Part shown: one piece after another, positions 42,901-51,231 of the stretch
How positions within the stretch are numbered: the first letter of the stretch is position 1
Layout: each line of letters opens with the position of its first letter
DNA from: Gemmatimonadaceae bacterium
Lineage (GTDB): Bacteria > Gemmatimonadota > Gemmatimonadetes > Gemmatimonadales > Gemmatimonadaceae
Length of the DNA stretch: 64,000 nucleotides
NCBI GenBank assembly: GCA_035444005.1
Contig: DAOMNV010000007.1
Coordinates: 11,604-75,603, forward strand
Reading direction: 5' to 3'
The notes under the pieces: generated by a model
The model's input: only the letters and a program-made list of their open reading frames with translations
Database searches by the model: none
What the model was told of the DNA's origin: nothing
Translations under genes and position numbers: made by a program

Positions 42901-43039
42901 CATTGGGGCGCTGGATTCGTACTCGACGATGAGTACCCAGGCGCTGAACAACGAGGGGACCAAGCAGGGACTGAAGAAGGTGCTGCTGGACCTGGCGGGG
43001 CTCTACGAGGCGCTGCGGGAGAAGGGGACGGCAGCGTAG
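39926..43039 (+). CDS. hsdR: type I restriction enzyme endonuclease/helicase subunit HsdR
   Basis: 1037 aa. N-terminal PD-(D/E)xK region (IDLVLFLNGIPVATVELK), SF2 motifs (HSAGSGKT; LADEAHSSQ), and the HsdR C-terminal region. Confidence 0.9.
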   Translation: MALHNEIRFEDDICEALATAGWLYQKADAALYDRARALFTPDLVAWVRETQPTVWESLEKNHGPKASDTLLDRARAQLDQRGTLDVLRHGIDLLGAKGTVTLAQFKPAIGLNPSILGRYAANRLRVVRQLKYSLHNENCIDLVLFLNGIPVATVELKTDFTQNIDDAVDQYRFDRDPRPKGQAPEPLLSFPSGALVHFAVSTREVRMTTKLEGATTRFLPFNQGDHGGKGNPVAADGGYRTGYLWNEVWARDSWLEILGRYCIAQRDEKKQIKNVIFPRYHQLDVTRKLQAAVRTDGPGAKYLVQHSAGSGKTNSIAWTAHFFSELHDAEDHKLFDTVLVVSDRNVIDKQLQEAIFDAQRTKGVVETITDSDGSKSGQLATALKAGKKIIVCTIQTFPFALKAVRELAATEKKRFAVLADEAHSSQTGEAAAKLKAVLSSEEIAALQAIAPAEDGGEVSTEDILAAQMATRAADTGITFVAFTATPKNKTLELFGTKAPGDTVPRPFHVYSMRQAIEEGFILDVLRNYTTFDLAFKLSQAGEEFDDREVERSKAMRGIMGWVKLHPHNIAQKVRVVVEHYRQHVAPLLDGRAKAMVVVGSRKEAVRWKLAIDAYIKEKGYPLGTLVAFSGEVVDEESGPEPFTETSKDLNPHLKGRDIREAFNTPAYQILLVANKFQTGFDQPLLCGMYVDKRLAGIQAVQTLSRLNRAYPGKDTTYVVDFANNAEDVLTAFKTYYETAELAATTDPNLVYDLRAKLDAAGHYDDHEIERVVEVLLNPRAKQEQLAKALEPVADRILKRYAAARADFEDATVRKDGEAAERAKQTMDALVLFKGDMEAFNRLYTFLSQIFDYGNTAIEKRGMFYKHLVRLLEFGRERSGVDLSKVVLTHYNLKGGKNAPLSVREGDPLQIDPLSEAGRGQVQDKEKARLSEIIERVNDLFAGDLTDEDRIAFVEHVRSKLLESEKLQAQAANNSKAQFSASPDLTEAITHAVIGALDSYSTMSTQALNNEGTKQGLKKVLLDLAGLYEALREKGTAA

Positions 43040-43050
43040 GCCCCGCGACG

Positions 43051-43818
43051 TTAGGCGCGGACACGTCCCCACTCCGACCTCGATTCCGTCCACGTGTCGG
43101 CATCGAAGCTCGCGAACACCGCCGCGTCAAACAGACAGGGGGCGACATTCGCCGCGCGACAGAGCGCCTGCACTCCGTCTGAGACGAACTGATAGTAGTG
43201 CCGATCCGCGAGCGCGGTGGCATTCAGCTTCACCGGAAAACCGAACTCGTTCAGCCACTTCGCGAGGCGGCTGTCGAGCGGAATCTCATAGCGGGTGAGC
43301 CCCAGCCCCTGAAGGAGATTCCTGCTCTGCTTGGGGCCGATGCCGAGCAGGTTGTCAGCGAGAAGGTTCGCGACTTCTTGCTCTAGCTCTGCGCTGACCT
43401 CTGTCGACAGTCGCGTGAGCATCGGGTTGATGTCGCCCCAAAGACCCGAGCAAAGCCTTCGATAGTTCGTGGCGAGTTCACGCCCGATCACGGTCGACCG
43501 GCGAATGCCGCCGAAGCGCGTCAGCGTTCTAGTGACGAAGGTCGCGACATCTCGTTGTTCCGAGACTTCACTGAACGACAGCGGAAACGGTCGAGTCGCT
43601 AGGAATCGCGTCACCGGACTGTTCGGCCCTGCCTTCTGCTGCGTGGTGAGCAGCGCGCCGCACAGTCCGTGCCAGAAGCCGGCCAAGCTGACTCGCGGGC
43701 GCCGCGCCGCGAGATTCCGGCGTTTGCGCACCTCGATAATCTTCAACCCCTTGAAATCGGCCATCAGCTGCTTGACGGCCTGAATGTCTTTCGCGGTCAC
43801 TTGCCAGCTGAAGCGCAT
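43051..43818 (-). CDS. HhH-GPD-like DNA glycosylase candidate (Ogg2/AGOG-like pattern)
   Basis: LLGIGPKQSRNLLQGLGLTRYEIPLDSRLAKWL resembles the helix-hairpin-helix GIGPK..ASHFLRN.G...DRHI motif of archaeal-type 8-oxoG glycosylases. Assigned by recall only. Confidence 0.35.
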   Translation of the reverse strand: MRFSWQVTAKDIQAVKQLMADFKGLKIIEVRKRRNLAARRPRVSLAGFWHGLCGALLTTQQKAGPNSPVTRFLATRPFPLSFSEVSEQRDVATFVTRTLTRFGGIRRSTVIGRELATNYRRLCSGLWGDINPMLTRLSTEVSAELEQEVANLLADNLLGIGPKQSRNLLQGLGLTRYEIPLDSRLAKWLNEFGFPVKLNATALADRHYYQFVSDGVQALCRAANVAPCLFDAAVFASFDADTWTESRSEWGRVRA

Positions 43819-43954
43819 TGTCTACCTGCTCGGGAGAGAGGGAAGCCACCGCGAGAGACCGCGCTATCGTGTGCAACATGGCGATGCCAGAACTGAAGCC
43901 TGACTGCCATAGAACTTCAGTATGGAGAGAAGAGCGAATCTTGCAAGACGACCG

Positions 43955-44290
43955 ATGTTCCGTACCTTCTACGGTACACTTTTCCGCACTCCAGAGCGTA
44001 CCGTGCGCAAGCTCAAGCCTTCTCGCGACATCCGCCCTGTCACCGAGTTCCGCGCCAACGCCGCGCAGTTCATTGAGCAGGTGCAGCAGACGGGCGAGCC
44101 CATCATCCTCACGCAGCACGGAAAGGGCGCGGCGGTCCTGCTGGATCTCGAGGTCTTCGAATCGCTTGTCGAAGAGATCGAGGTCCTCCGCGACATCCGA
44201 ATCTCCGAAGCGCAGGTCGCCGCCGGAGAAGGCATTCCTCACGAGGAAGCGATGAACCGTGTGCGCCGGCGGCCTCGAAAGTTTCGGTGA
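43955..44290 (+). CDS. Phd/YefM-family antitoxin-like protein
   Basis: PVTEFRANAAQFIEQVQQTGEPIILTQHGKGAAVLLDLEVFESLVEEIEVLRD matches the Phd/YefM pattern. The start ATG may be 43955 or 43922. No Doc/YoeB-type toxin is adjacent. Confidence 0.55.
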   Translation: MFRTFYGTLFRTPERTVRKLKPSRDIRPVTEFRANAAQFIEQVQQTGEPIILTQHGKGAAVLLDLEVFESLVEEIEVLRDIRISEAQVAAGEGIPHEEAMNRVRRRPRKFR

Positions 44291-44403
44291 TCTTGTCTCC
44301 GCGACACCGCGACACAGATGGCAATTTTCGGTGCTTGACGGATTCGGCCGATTTCTTCACATTGAAGGTGTTACACCCCCCCTGCGTTTCGGCGCAGGGC
44401 GCG

Positions 44404-44437
44404 AGGCCGCCCCTAAAAAGGCGGCCTCTGCTTTTTC
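44404..44437 (+). terminator. rho-independent terminator
   Basis: GAGGCCGCC-cctaaaaa-GGCGGCCTC is a perfect 9-bp stem, followed by TGCTTTTTCC. Confidence 0.6.
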
Positions 44438-44452
44438 CACCCAATTCCTTCG

Positions 44453-45079
44453 ATGATTCGGACTTTCGTCTACGTCGACGGCTTCAACCTCTACTACGGA
44501 TCCTTGCGGAAGACACCGCACCGCTGGCTCAATCTCGAGCAGCTGTGCCGGTTGCTCCTTCCCCCGAACGACGTACGGCGAATCAACTACTACACTGCCC
44601 GAGTCGGCCCTCGGCCCGACGATCCCGATCAACCCCTGCGGCAGCAGACGTATCTGCGCGCGCTTGGCACGCTACCGACCGTGCGCCTGCATTTCGGGCA
44701 CTACCTGAGCCACGCCGTGAGTATGCCCCTCGCATCCCCTGCCCCCGCTGGGCCGAAGTTTGCGAGGGTCATCAAGACAGAAGAGAAGGGGTCAGACGTG
44801 AATCTCGCAACCCATCTGGTGAGCGACGCGTACGAGGACTCGTTCGATTGCGCCGTCCTCATTACGAACGACTCGGACCTCCGCGCCCCCGTCGAGCTCG
44901 TGCGCAACCGACTCGGCAAACAGGTCGGTATCCTGAATCCGCATCAGCATCCAGCCGCAGTGCTGACAAAGGCGGCACACTTCGTGAAGACCATTCGATC
45001 AGGCGCGCTTCGCGCAAGCCAGTTCCCTGCGGTCCTGAGCGATGCACGAGGAACGTTCTCGAAACCAGCGAACTGGTAG
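44453..45079 (+). CDS. NYN-domain (LabA-like PIN-fold) ribonuclease
   Basis: MIRTFVYVDGFNLYYG...KGSDVNLATHLVSDAYEDSFDCAVLITNDSDL carries the NYN acidic-residue signature. Confidence 0.7.
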   Translation: MIRTFVYVDGFNLYYGSLRKTPHRWLNLEQLCRLLLPPNDVRRINYYTARVGPRPDDPDQPLRQQTYLRALGTLPTVRLHFGHYLSHAVSMPLASPAPAGPKFARVIKTEEKGSDVNLATHLVSDAYEDSFDCAVLITNDSDLRAPVELVRNRLGKQVGILNPHQHPAAVLTKAAHFVKTIRSGALRASQFPAVLSDARGTFSKPANW

Positions 45080-45090
45080 CCTGCCGCCCC

Positions 45091-47289
45091 CTATTCCCTC
45101 CCTCCCTGCAACCTCCGCTCCAGATACTCCGCAATCAACGCATTCACCCGCCGCTGATTCCCGTGCCGCATAAAGTGATGCGTATCATCCACGATCGTGA
45201 CCTCCTCCAACTCCACCCCCTTCGCCCGCAACCGCTGCACCAGATCCACAGTCTGGCTGAACCGCACATTCCGGTCATCATCCGCGTGGATGAACAACAC
45301 CGGTGACCGCCACGACTCCACCGCGCTGACCGGAGAACTCTCCCAGGCAATCCGCGCCAGCGCCTCCAGCTCGCGAGCCGACCGCTCATAGCGCCAGGCG
45401 TTCGCCCCGAGCCGCCCGCCGCCATCGCTGGTGAAGTCGTGCACCCCGTGAATGTCCACGCCGGTCGCGAACAGCTCGCTGTCCCGCCCGAGCGCGAGCG
45501 CGGTGAGATACCCGCCATAGCTGCCGCCGTAGATGCCGATGCGCGCGCCGTCCACGCTCGGCTGCGCACGCAGCCACTCGCCCGCGGCCTTCACGTCGAG
45601 ATACTCGCTCGCCCCCGCGATGCCGGCCCGCGGCGGTCGCTGGAAGTCGTGCCCGTACCCGATGCCGAGCCGATAGTTGATGCTGAGCACGATGAACCCG
45701 CGGTTGGCGAGGTACTGGTTCATCGCGTACGCGTTCCAGTAGTAGTCGCCGTAGTGCCAGCCGAGCAGCATCTGCCGCGGCGGACCGCCGTGTACGTACA
45801 CGATCGCCGGACGCTTGGCCGTCGCGCGCGCGCCACCACTCGGCGTCGGCGGCTCGAAGAGCTGCGCGTGGACGCGCTGGCCGTCGCTGGCGGTGTAGAT
45901 GACCTGCTTGGGCGTCACGAGGCGCGACGTGGGGAAGTCGGCGGGTACGAGGTCCGCACCAATCCACTTGCGCGGCGTGTCGGCACGCGGACGCGCGTCG
46001 CCGGCGGCGTCGAGCACGAATGGCACGGGCGGACGCTGCGCAGTCGCGCCGATGGCGGCGATGCGCCCGCTGCCGAGGCTCACGGGCGTCCACTCGAGGC
46101 CCTGCCCCGGCGTGAGGACGTCGACCTGCTGGCGATCCACGGCCGCGCGCACGAGATGACGGCGATCGATGTCGCCCGCGGTGCTACCGGTGTTGCCCGA
46201 GTACAGCACGAAGCGGCGGTCCGCACTCATCGTCACGTGCTCGGCCATATGCTCGCCCGGCGTGAGCAGCAACGGCGCCTCGCGCCCGCTCGCCGTCATC
46301 GAGTACAGGTGCGACCAGTTGTCGGCCATATGCATAAACACGAGGCGGTCGCCGGCGGCCCAGTGCAGGTTCACGCCGCCGTGCGTCGTCGGCACGCTAC
46401 CGCGCAGCGTGGCCGCGCTGGCCCAACGCTCGCGCGCCTCACCCGTCGCGACGTCGGCCACCCAGATGGCGAAGGGATTGGGCTGCGGTTCCAGTGAGTT
46501 CACCACCGCGCCGCCCGCGCCGGGCCGTCGCACGAAGGCGATCTGCCGGCCATCCGCCGACCAGCGCGGCGAGCCATCGCGATTCGTACTCGGCGCGATG
46601 TACTTGAGCGGCGTCAGGGAGTCCGTGTAGATGGCGATGAAGCTGTGGTCGCCGCGGCCGCTCACGAAGGCGATGCGCGATCCGTCAGGCGAGAACTGCG
46701 CGTCGCTGGCGTTGCCGCGCTGCTCGAAGAGCCGCCGCGCGGGGCCCGAGCCGTCGAGCGGCACCTGCCAGAGTTGCCGCCCGCGCTCGAAGACCACGAC
46801 ATCGCTCTTCGGCGAGATCACCGGGTTGAGGCCGTCGCCGAGCGATCGCGGCGCACCTCCGGCGAACGGGACCACCCACATCTCCACCTTCACCGGCTGC
46901 GGGGCGCTCGTCGGATTCACCGGCAGCGCGTCGTCCCAGTTGGAGCCGAAGTCGCCGCCGCGGATGTACACCACCCAGCGGCCGTCCGCCGAGATGCGCA
47001 CGGCGGTGAGTTCCTGGCCGTCGTCCTGCTCGTAGTTGGTGAGGCGGCGCGCGGTGAAGCTCGGGCCTTCCGCCACGTAGATGTTGCGCAGGCCGCGCTC
47101 GTTGAGCGTCCAGACCACGCGTTCACCCGAGGCTGCCGCGGTGAGGTTGGTGGGGTACGGCGCGCCCATCACCTGGTCGAGGGTGAACGGTGCCTGCGCG
47201 GCGATTGGGGCCGTGGCGAGGCTGGCGACGAAGGCGAGGGCGCCGAGCGGGAGGCGTCGGCGCGAACGGAGGCGGGAGGGGGTTGGCAT
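45091..47289 (-). CDS. S9-family serine peptidase (prolyl oligopeptidase / acylaminoacyl-peptidase-like) with N-terminal beta-propeller
   Basis: Signal peptide plus PD40-like repeats. The C-terminal alpha/beta-hydrolase domain carries the GGSYGG nucleophile motif (IGIYGGSYGGYLT). Catalytic Asp/His region: FIHADDDRNV ... DDTHHF. Confidence 0.8.
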   Translation of the reverse strand: MPTPSRLRSRRRLPLGALAFVASLATAPIAAQAPFTLDQVMGAPYPTNLTAAASGERVVWTLNERGLRNIYVAEGPSFTARRLTNYEQDDGQELTAVRISADGRWVVYIRGGDFGSNWDDALPVNPTSAPQPVKVEMWVVPFAGGAPRSLGDGLNPVISPKSDVVVFERGRQLWQVPLDGSGPARRLFEQRGNASDAQFSPDGSRIAFVSGRGDHSFIAIYTDSLTPLKYIAPSTNRDGSPRWSADGRQIAFVRRPGAGGAVVNSLEPQPNPFAIWVADVATGEARERWASAATLRGSVPTTHGGVNLHWAAGDRLVFMHMADNWSHLYSMTASGREAPLLLTPGEHMAEHVTMSADRRFVLYSGNTGSTAGDIDRRHLVRAAVDRQQVDVLTPGQGLEWTPVSLGSGRIAAIGATAQRPPVPFVLDAAGDARPRADTPRKWIGADLVPADFPTSRLVTPKQVIYTASDGQRVHAQLFEPPTPSGGARATAKRPAIVYVHGGPPRQMLLGWHYGDYYWNAYAMNQYLANRGFIVLSINYRLGIGYGHDFQRPPRAGIAGASEYLDVKAAGEWLRAQPSVDGARIGIYGGSYGGYLTALALGRDSELFATGVDIHGVHDFTSDGGGRLGANAWRYERSARELEALARIAWESSPVSAVESWRSPVLFIHADDDRNVRFSQTVDLVQRLRAKGVELEEVTIVDDTHHFMRHGNQRRVNALIAEYLERRLQGGRE

Positions 47290-47392
47290 AGCTTGGAGAT
47301 ACCGCCGATTCGCGTGTCGCGCGAGGGACGCGCAGATCACGTCGCTGCGCTCGATGTTTGACCCGACTTGTCAAACTTCGCATCTTGGGCGT

Positions 47393-47590
47393 ATGCCCAA
47401 GTCCTACTCCCTCCACGCGGCCAAGACGTTGCGAGCGGCGCCGGAGCCGAAGACGGCGGAGGAGCGGCTCGACGAACTCGAGCGCGCCGGGTTGCTCCAC
47501 ACCGTTCCTGTGAAGCCTGGGCGGGCGAAGTTCCCCCTCGGCGTCGCACGGCCGGGCGGGCTCAAGCGGTTCCTCGAGGATCGCGAGTGA
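47393..47590 (+). CDS. small hypothetical protein (65 aa)
   Basis: MPKSYSLHAAKTLRAAPEPKTAEERLDELERAGLLHTVPVKPG... This is a weak call that rests on composition only. Confidence 0.2.
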   Translation: MPKSYSLHAAKTLRAAPEPKTAEERLDELERAGLLHTVPVKPGRAKFPLGVARPGGLKRFLEDRE

Positions 47591-47644
47591 GCATCACCTA
47601 CGTCGACGGTTCGGTGTTCGTCGCGTACGCCGTGGAACGCCGAA

Positions 47645-49078
47645 CTAGCTACCCACCACCCACTTCACCATCCGCCCCACCGGCAACACCTCATCCACCC
47701 GCACCTGATTGATCACCGCCAACTCCGCCGCCGAGAGCGCACTCGCCCGCCCCGCCCGCATCTGCGTGATCGTCATCGCCCGATCCACCCGCACGATCGA
47801 AACCCGTCGCGGCTGAACCTCCAACGCCGCCCGATCCGTCAACACCGCAAACGACCCCAGCGCCCGCTCGGCCACCGCTTGCTGCGCAGTCCACCCCGCA
47901 GCAGGCCCATACGCAATCAACTGCAGCACCACGCCGCCGTGCTCGACGAACAGCACCCGCCCGCGCAGCGTGTCGCTCTCGACCAGCGCCGCAAACGGCA
48001 TCGCGCTTGACGACGCAAACCCGCGCAGCGCCGGCCGCGACACCGTCCCCGCCTGCAGCCCCTGCTGCCCCGCGAAGGCGCGCAGCGCCGAGTCCGCGCT
48101 CGGCGCACGGCTCAGCGTCAGTTGGATCATCGCGTTCTTCTCCGCGCTCAGCGCCGTCACTGATTGCGTCGCGTTCTGCGTCGCCCAACCTTCGGGGAAG
48201 GTCATCGTGAAGCGCATATCGGGATGGTTGAACGTCTGCCCCACGAAGTAGCCGTGCCGCGGGTTGGGGCCGTAGGTGAGGCCCTCGAGGCGCCGCAGGT
48301 AGCTGTCGCGCTCGACGATGCTGCCGAGGCTGTCCTGCGGCATCGCGGCGATAGCGCGCTGGATGCGCGCCTGGCGGTCCTCGGGCGCGGGGTGCGTGCT
48401 GAGCCAGTCGGGGGTGGAGCGGCCGGCGTCGCCGCTCAATGACGCGAGCATCGCGTACACGCCGGGCATCTCGCGCACGTCGTGGCCGCTGCGACGCATA
48501 TAGCGCAGGCCGAGGGCGTCGGCCTGGGTCTCGTCGTCGCGCCCGTACTTGAGGAACAGGATGCCGACGCCCGCGCTGCCGAGCTCGGCCATCTGCGCAA
48601 AGCGCTCGCTCACCGCGCTGCCCACGGCGAGGCCCACCTGCGCGAGCTGCGCGCGGCTCATCTGCGCGGCGGAGTGCCGCGCGGTGACGTGGCCGATCTC
48701 GTGGCCGAGCACGGCGACGAGCTGCGCCTCGGAATTGAAGTGCGCGAGGATGCCGCGCGTGATGTACACGAAGCCGCCGGGCACGGCGAAGGCGTTGACG
48801 ACCGGGTCGTCGACCACGCGGAAGGTCCAGGGGAGATTCGGCCGCTCGCTCTTCGTGGCCATCTGCATCCCCAACGTGCGCACGTAGCGCTGCAACGCGC
48901 TATCGGGCACCAGCCCCATCTCGGCCACGAGCTGCGGGTCGTACTCGCGGCCCATCGCGATTTCCTGGTCCTCGCTGATCATCATCAGCTCGCGGCGGCC
49001 GGTGGCCGGGTTGATGGCGCAGGCGGCGACGATGGCGCCGGCGAGGAGGAGGGCGAGGGTGGTCTTGCGGGTCAGCAT
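47645..49078 (-). CDS. M48-family zinc metallopeptidase (BepA/YcaL-like), exported
   Basis: Signal peptide MLTRKTTLALLLAGAIVAACA. Zinc-binding motif HEIGHVTARH (HExxH). About 477 aa. Confidence 0.75.
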   Translation of the reverse strand: MLTRKTTLALLLAGAIVAACAINPATGRRELMMISEDQEIAMGREYDPQLVAEMGLVPDSALQRYVRTLGMQMATKSERPNLPWTFRVVDDPVVNAFAVPGGFVYITRGILAHFNSEAQLVAVLGHEIGHVTARHSAAQMSRAQLAQVGLAVGSAVSERFAQMAELGSAGVGILFLKYGRDDETQADALGLRYMRRSGHDVREMPGVYAMLASLSGDAGRSTPDWLSTHPAPEDRQARIQRAIAAMPQDSLGSIVERDSYLRRLEGLTYGPNPRHGYFVGQTFNHPDMRFTMTFPEGWATQNATQSVTALSAEKNAMIQLTLSRAPSADSALRAFAGQQGLQAGTVSRPALRGFASSSAMPFAALVESDTLRGRVLFVEHGGVVLQLIAYGPAAGWTAQQAVAERALGSFAVLTDRAALEVQPRRVSIVRVDRAMTITQMRAGRASALSAAELAVINQVRVDEVLPVGRMVKWVVGS

Positions 49079-49162
49079 TTGGGGCTCCGTGGACGGGCGG
49101 GCTGCATCAATATGACTATGGAGACAGAGGAATCTCTTGACGCGCCGGGCAGCTCTTGTAGA

Positions 49163-49206
49163 TTTACTCATAATATTGAGTATTTTTACTCATTAAACTG
49201 AGTATT
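49163..49206 (+). promoter_or_regulatory. AT-rich segment with two near-identical palindromes (TACTCAtaatatTGAGTA / TACTCAttaaacTGAGTA) just upstream of the ATPase gene
   Basis: About 75% AT in an about 70% GC genome. The two dyads TACTCA-N6-TGAGTA are 4 nt apart and end 5 nt before the ATG at 49211. Confidence 0.3.
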
Positions 49207-49210
49207 TTGT

Positions 49211-50401
49211 ATGACCTATCAACGACCGCACGTCGAAGTCCTACGAGGGCGCCTTGGCCAGCCTCGCCGCTTCATACAAGCCATCACGGGCCCTCGGCAA
49301 GTGGGCAAGTCAACGATGGTGCAGCAGGCGGTGGAGGCACTCGACCTGCCCGTCCGCTTCGTCAGCGCGGACGAGCCGACGCTTCGTGGCCCGGAGTGGA
49401 TCGCCCAGCAATGGGAGGCTGCTCGCCTCGCGACGCGTTCCAGCGGTGCAGCGGTGCTCGTCATCGACGAGATCCAGAAGCTGCCGCAGTGGTCGGAGAC
49501 CGTGAAGCGCCTGTGGGACGAGGACAGCCGCAACGGGCTTCCGCTCAAGGTCGTGTTGCTGGGGTCGTCGCCGCTGCTCATTTCGGAGGGACTCACCGAA
49601 AGCCTCGCGGGGCGCTTCGAGACGATCGTCGCCGGGCACTGGACGTATGCCGAGATGCGGGATGCGTTCGGATGGTCAATCGAACAATATGTGTTCTACG
49701 GCGGCTACCCAGGCGCCGCGCCGCTCATCGACGACCCCGCCCGTTGGCGCCGCTACATCCTCGATAGCCTGATCGAGACGAGCATCTCCCGCGATGTGAT
49801 GATGATGACGCGCGTCCACAAGCCGGCGCTGATGCGACGTCTCTTCGAACTGGCCTGCCGCTATTCGGGCCAGGAGCTCTCGTATACCAAGATGCTCGGG
49901 CAGTTGCAGGACGCCGGAAACACCGTCACGCTGGCGCACTATCTCGACCTGCTCGCCACGGCAGGGATGGTCCGTGGCCTGCCGAAGTACGCGGGCGACG
50001 CCGCACGGCGCCGAGCCTCCAGCCCGAAACTGCAGGTGCTCAACACGGCGCTGATGACTGCCCTTGGCGGCTTGTCCCTCGAATCCGCCCGCGCCGATCA
50101 CGAGTACTGGGGCCACCTCGTCGAGTCCGCGGTGGGCGCGCATCTCGCGAACGCGGCACTCCGCGGGAGCTGCGAGCTCCACTACTGGCGCGACCGCGAC
50201 CGCGAAGTGGACTTCGTGGTCACGGCAGGCAAGGCGCTGACGGCCATCGAGGTGAAGAGTGGCCGCGCGCGCAACGCAGCGCCGGGCATCGCGGCCTTCA
50301 CGCGTGCCTTCGCGCCGACGCGCACGCTGCTCGTCGGTGGCGACGGCATTGGCCTTGCGGAATTTCTCTCGGAGCCCGTCGAGCGCTCCTGCATCCGGTA
50401 G
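49211..50401 (+). CDS. AAA-family ATPase with C-terminal DUF4143
   Basis: Walker A motif GPRQVGKST and Walker B motif VLVIDEIQKL. The C-terminal region is typical of the AAA_14/DUF4143 family. Confidence 0.75.
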   Translation: MTYQRPHVEVLRGRLGQPRRFIQAITGPRQVGKSTMVQQAVEALDLPVRFVSADEPTLRGPEWIAQQWEAARLATRSSGAAVLVIDEIQKLPQWSETVKRLWDEDSRNGLPLKVVLLGSSPLLISEGLTESLAGRFETIVAGHWTYAEMRDAFGWSIEQYVFYGGYPGAAPLIDDPARWRRYILDSLIETSISRDVMMMTRVHKPALMRRLFELACRYSGQELSYTKMLGQLQDAGNTVTLAHYLDLLATAGMVRGLPKYAGDAARRRASSPKLQVLNTALMTALGGLSLESARADHEYWGHLVESAVGAHLANAALRGSCELHYWRDRDREVDFVVTAGKALTAIEVKSGRARNAAPGIAAFTRAFAPTRTLLVGGDGIGLAEFLSEPVERSCIR

Positions 50402-50751
50402 TACGACAGCGTGTCCTGCCCGCCGCAGGGGTCGGGCCGGGAGCGAAGCAGAGGGCATACCAGAAGAGACTGCCGCCCCGCCACGCGTGGCGGCAGGGCT
50501 TTCGTATATTCCAAGTGGCCCTCAGCCCGGAGTCGCTTTGCGCCACCGCGAACGTCACCGCACTGCCCACATCGGCTGGCTCCGCGCCGCTGTCCTCGGC
50601 GCCAACGACGGCCTCATCTCCACGGCCAGCCTGGTCATCGGCGTCGCGTCGATCGGGCGCGGCGCGCTGCGCGTGGCCTTCTGGGGCGCGATCGCGATGG
50701 CCGCGTCGGCGTTGGTAGGCAGGCTCTTCGGCACGACAGTCGCCTAGCTCC

Positions 50752-51231
50752 GTGCCAGACTTCCTCGAGCTCGTCCTCGGGAACCTTCAGGCCAACGCCT
50801 ATCCGGTGCTCTTCGTCGGCCTGCTCGTCGCCGGCGAGGTGATACTGATTCCCGCCCTGTATCTCGCGGTCACCGGTCGGCTCGACCTGGCGATCGTCTT
50901 CGGCATCGCGATCGTCGCGACGCTCATCTCCGACCTCGCGTGGTACGGCATCGGTCGGCTCTCCCCCACCGCCGCGCTCAAGCGGCTGGCCGCACGCCGC
51001 GGCGGTCGGCTGCTACCCTGGCTCGAGCGCGTGTACCGCGAGCGCGGCGCCGAGGCCTTGTTCCTCTCCAAGTTCGTCTACGGCACGCGCGTGATGGCGC
51101 AGTTGATCGCCGGCCTGCAGGCGATGCCGCTGCGCCTGTACTTCGTGGTGAACACCGCGGCCGTCGTCGCGATCAATGCCCTGTTCACCGGAATCGCCGT
51201 GGCCATCGCTGGCGCGGCGGGGGCGCGGTGA
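50752..51231 (+). CDS. DedA/VTT-family small membrane protein
   Basis: 159 aa with four TM segments. The motif FVYGTRVMAQLIAG resembles the DedA signature F-x-PG-R-T. Confidence 0.5.
   Translation: MPDFLELVLGNLQANAYPVLFVGLLVAGEVILIPALYLAVTGRLDLAIVFGIAIVATLISDLAWYGIGRLSPTAALKRLAARRGGRLLPWLERVYRERGAEALFLSKFVYGTRVMAQLIAGLQAMPLRLYFVVNTAAVVAINALFTGIAVAIAGAAGAR

Noticed and set aside
44290-44453. Phd-like and NYN genes as a single operon
   Set aside because: A strong stem-loop plus T-tract terminator (44404-44437) separates them, so co-transcription is unlikely. The pairing is kept only as a low-confidence hypothesis.
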